A DNA stretch of 64,000 nt from the human T2T-CHM13v2.0 reference genome, Homo sapiens. The DNA is taken from positions 28,640,001-28,704,000 of the forward strand of contig CP086569.2 of assembly GCA_009914755.4 (NCBI GenBank), written 5' to 3'. The translations under genes were made by a program, and so were the position numbers. Under the pieces are notes generated by a model that saw only the letters and a list, made by a program, of their open reading frames with translations, made no database searches and had not been told where the DNA came from. This document shows positions 61,501-64,000 of this stretch, piece by piece (positions within the stretch are counted from its first letter, which is position 1; each line of letters opens with the position of its first letter).

Positions 61501-64000
61501 CTATTCACTTCCATTCCATTCGATTCCATTCCATTGGAGTCAATTCCTTTCGACACACAGTCTTTCCAGTCAATGACTTTGGAGCCCATTTTTTTGCATT
61601 CCATTACATTCTATGACATTCGATTCCGTTTCATTGCATTCCATTCCATAAATTTTTATTCCATTCGAGACCGTAGCATTCCAGTTTATTCCAGCCCTGT
61701 CCATTACAATACATTCCCTTCCATTCCAATGAATTCCATTCCATTCTAATCCATTCCTTTCCTTTCGCTTGCATTCCATTCTATTCTCTTCTATTCCATA
61801 CAATTTCACTCCATTCGTTCCCATTCCATTCAAATCCATTCCATTCAATTCCATTCCATTTCTTTCCATTCTCTTCGATTCCATTTCTTTATATTCCATG
61901 CCATTCGATTCCATTCCATTGGATTGCATTACATTCGAGTTCATTCCATTCCAGACCATTCCATTTGACTCCATTCCTTTCGAGCCCTTTCAATTTGAGT
62001 CCATTCCTTTCCAGTCCATTTCACTCCAGTCCATTCCTATCCATTCCATACCATTCCATCCCATTCCATTCCATTCCATTCCACTCCATTGCATTCCATT
62101 CCATTCCATTCCATTGCACTGCATTCCATTCCATTACATTCTATTCCATTTGAGTCGATTTTATTGCATTAGATTCTATTCCATTGGATTACTTTCCATT
62201 CGATTACATTCCATTCATGTACATTCCATTCCAGTCAATTACATACGACTTCATTACATTACATGCTAGTATATTCCATTCTATTCGATCCCATTCCTTT
62301 CAATTCCATTTCATTCGACTCCATTATATTCAATTCCATTCCACTCGAATCCATTCCATTAGAGGACATTTCATTCCAATACATTCCATTCCATTCCATA
62401 ACATTCCATTGCATTCGATTCCATTCCATTTGATGCCATTCCATGACATTCCATTCCATTCGAGTCCATTCCATTCCAATTCATTCCATTCCGTTTCATG
62501 AAATTCGAGTCCTTTCCATTCCATTGCATTCCAATCCCTTCCAATCCAATCTATTCCATTCAATTCCTTTCCATTCCATTTGATTATATTCCATTGATTT
62601 GATTCCATTCTGTTTGATTCCATTCCGAGAAATTTCGTTCCATTCTATTCCATTGCATTACTTTCCATTCAATTCCATTCCATTCCATTTCAGTCCATTC
62701 GCTTCCTTTCCTTTCGATTCAATTCCATTTGATTCCACTCCATTCTATACCATTTAATTCCAATCGATTCAATTCCATTCGATGGCATTCCTTTCGTTTC
62801 CATTCTATTCGAGTCCATTCAATTTGAGCCTTCGTGTCCATTCTATTCGAGTCCATTCCATTACAGTCTATTCTATTCCCTTCCGTTCCCGTTGATTCAA
62901 TTTCATTCCCTTCCATTCGATTCCTTTCCTTTCGATTCCATTCCTTTCCATTCCATTACATTCGTTCCCATTCCACGTGATTCCATTCCATTCCAGTCCA
63001 TTATATTCGAGTCCACTCCACTCCATTCTGTTACTTTCAATTCCTTTTGAGTCCGTTCCATAACACTCCATTCATTTCGATTCCATTTCCTGCCAGTTTT
63101 CTTCCATTTTATTCCATTCCGTTCGATTCCATTCCATTCGATTGCATTCCATTCGATTACATTCCATTCGAATCCTTTCCATTCCATTTCATTCCATTCC
63201 TTTCTATTCCATTCCATTTCATTCGATTTGATTCCATTCTGTTCTATTCCATTCAATTCTTTTTCATTCCATTCGAATCCTTTCTATTGCAGTCCATTCC
63301 ATTCGAGTCCATTCCAATCCCTTCCTTTCCATTCCATTACAGTCCATTCCAATAGATTCTATTCCTTTGCCTTCCATTCGACTCCATTCCATTCTAGTCC
63401 ATTCCATTTGAGTCAATTCCATTCCATTCCATTCTATTCCTTTCGAATCCATTCGATTCCATTCGATTCAATTCCATTTGATTCTCTTTCATTCTATTTT
63501 ATTCCATGCCATTTGATTGCATTGCATTCCATTCCGTTTGATTCCAGTCCATTCAAGAAAGTTCCATTCCAGTCCATTGCTTTCGAGACCATTCCATTCC
63601 ACTCTAGTCTATTCCACTCCATTCCTTTCCATTCCATTCCATACTTTTCCATTCCATTCCTTTGCATTCCGTTTCCAATCTATTCGAGTCCATTGCATTC
63701 CAGTCCAATCCATTCGATTACATTCCTTTTGATTCCCTGCCAGTCGATTGCATTGCATACTAGACCATTCCAAAGGAGTCCATTCCATTCTATTTCAACA
63801 CTTTCCATTCCACTCTGTTCGAGTCCATTCCATTCCAGTCCATTTAATTTAAGGGCATTCCATTCCATTCCATTCCATTTCATATTATTCCATTCCATTC
63901 AATTCCATTCCAGATGATTCCATTCCATTCTATGCCATTGCTCTCTGTTCCATTCCATTACATCTGTCTCCATTCCTTTCGTTTCGATTCCTTTCCATTC
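46563..64000 (-). repeat. HSat3 / DYZ1-like HOR array in reverse orientation (ATTCC/CATTC pentamers on +); units of 3557, 2625, 2625, 2624, 3544 bp plus a partial unit
   Basis: ccatt/cattc pentamers throughout (pure run ~47091-47150). Phase marker cacccagcctttccagtcaatgattttgg (reverse complement of 2228-2258 of the left array) at 46579, 50136, 52761, 55386, 58010, 61554. ORF-track proteins are reverse-strand equivalents of block-1 proteins (e.g. 48556..48771 + equals 81..296 -). Divergence from left-array units is a few percent, with small indels (e.g. extra IAFQS pentamer-triplet in 48129..49394). Confidence 0.88.
50136..58009 (-). repeat. Three tandem copies of a 2.6 kb deletion-variant DYZ1-like unit (lacks ~0.93 kb of the full HOR); copies 1 and 2 apparently identical
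   Basis: Periods 2625, 2625, 2624 versus 3557/3544 for the flanking units. All ORF-track proteins of 50136-52760 are reproduced verbatim in 52761-55385. Variant junction ~50850 (ccattcctttc|cattccattttattcc) joins equivalents of ~47340 and ~48225 of the full-length unit at 46579-50135. These units also lack the GGCC site (taccatgccag instead of ttccaggccag). Confidence 0.8.

Noticed and set aside
46563-64000. Long ORFs up to 430 aa (e.g. 55976..57268, 48129..49394) in the reverse HSat3 array
   Set aside because: Same artefact. Their length simply reflects long stop-free stretches of CATTC-derived sequence. The 430-aa frame exists only in one unit because of a private indel.

Overview
The whole 64-kb window is eukaryotic tandem-satellite DNA of the human Y-chromosome long-arm heterochromatin type (Yq12). 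It is not a gene-bearing or prokaryotic region. I could support no CDS, RNA gene, CRISPR array or defence/metabolic system of any kind. Every ORF in the six-frame track is a translation artefact of the repeats (MEWNG.../IPFHS... from the GGAAT pentamer; I/Y/N-rich strings from AT-rich satellite). Architecture: (a) 1-20070 is HSat3-type (GGAAT)n satellite arranged in a ~3.53 kb higher-order repeat (DYZ1-like) with GGAAT on the + strand; (b) 20071-33780 is a ~2.41 kb composite satellite (DYZ2 / HSat1B-like; each unit = ~1.55 kb extreme AT-rich core + ~300 bp old Alu fragment + ~570 bp mixed-complexity segment), with the Alu antisense; (c) at ~33780 the array flips, and 33781-46562 is the same 2.41 kb satellite in the opposite orientation (Alu sense); (d) 46563-64000 is the DYZ1-like HSat3 array again but reverse-complemented (ATTCC/CATTC on +), including three tandem copies of a 2.6 kb internally deleted HOR variant. 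The most notable observations are structural: a head-to-head inversion breakpoint lying inside the Alu portion of the 2.41 kb repeat; non-mirror-image DYZ1/DYZ2 junctions on the two sides; deletion-variant HOR units that have been re-amplified; and a switch of DYZ2 sub-family near the outer end of the inverted arm. The exciting-undescribed-system prior is not supported; what is here is well explained by known Yq12 satellite biology plus a local rearrangement.
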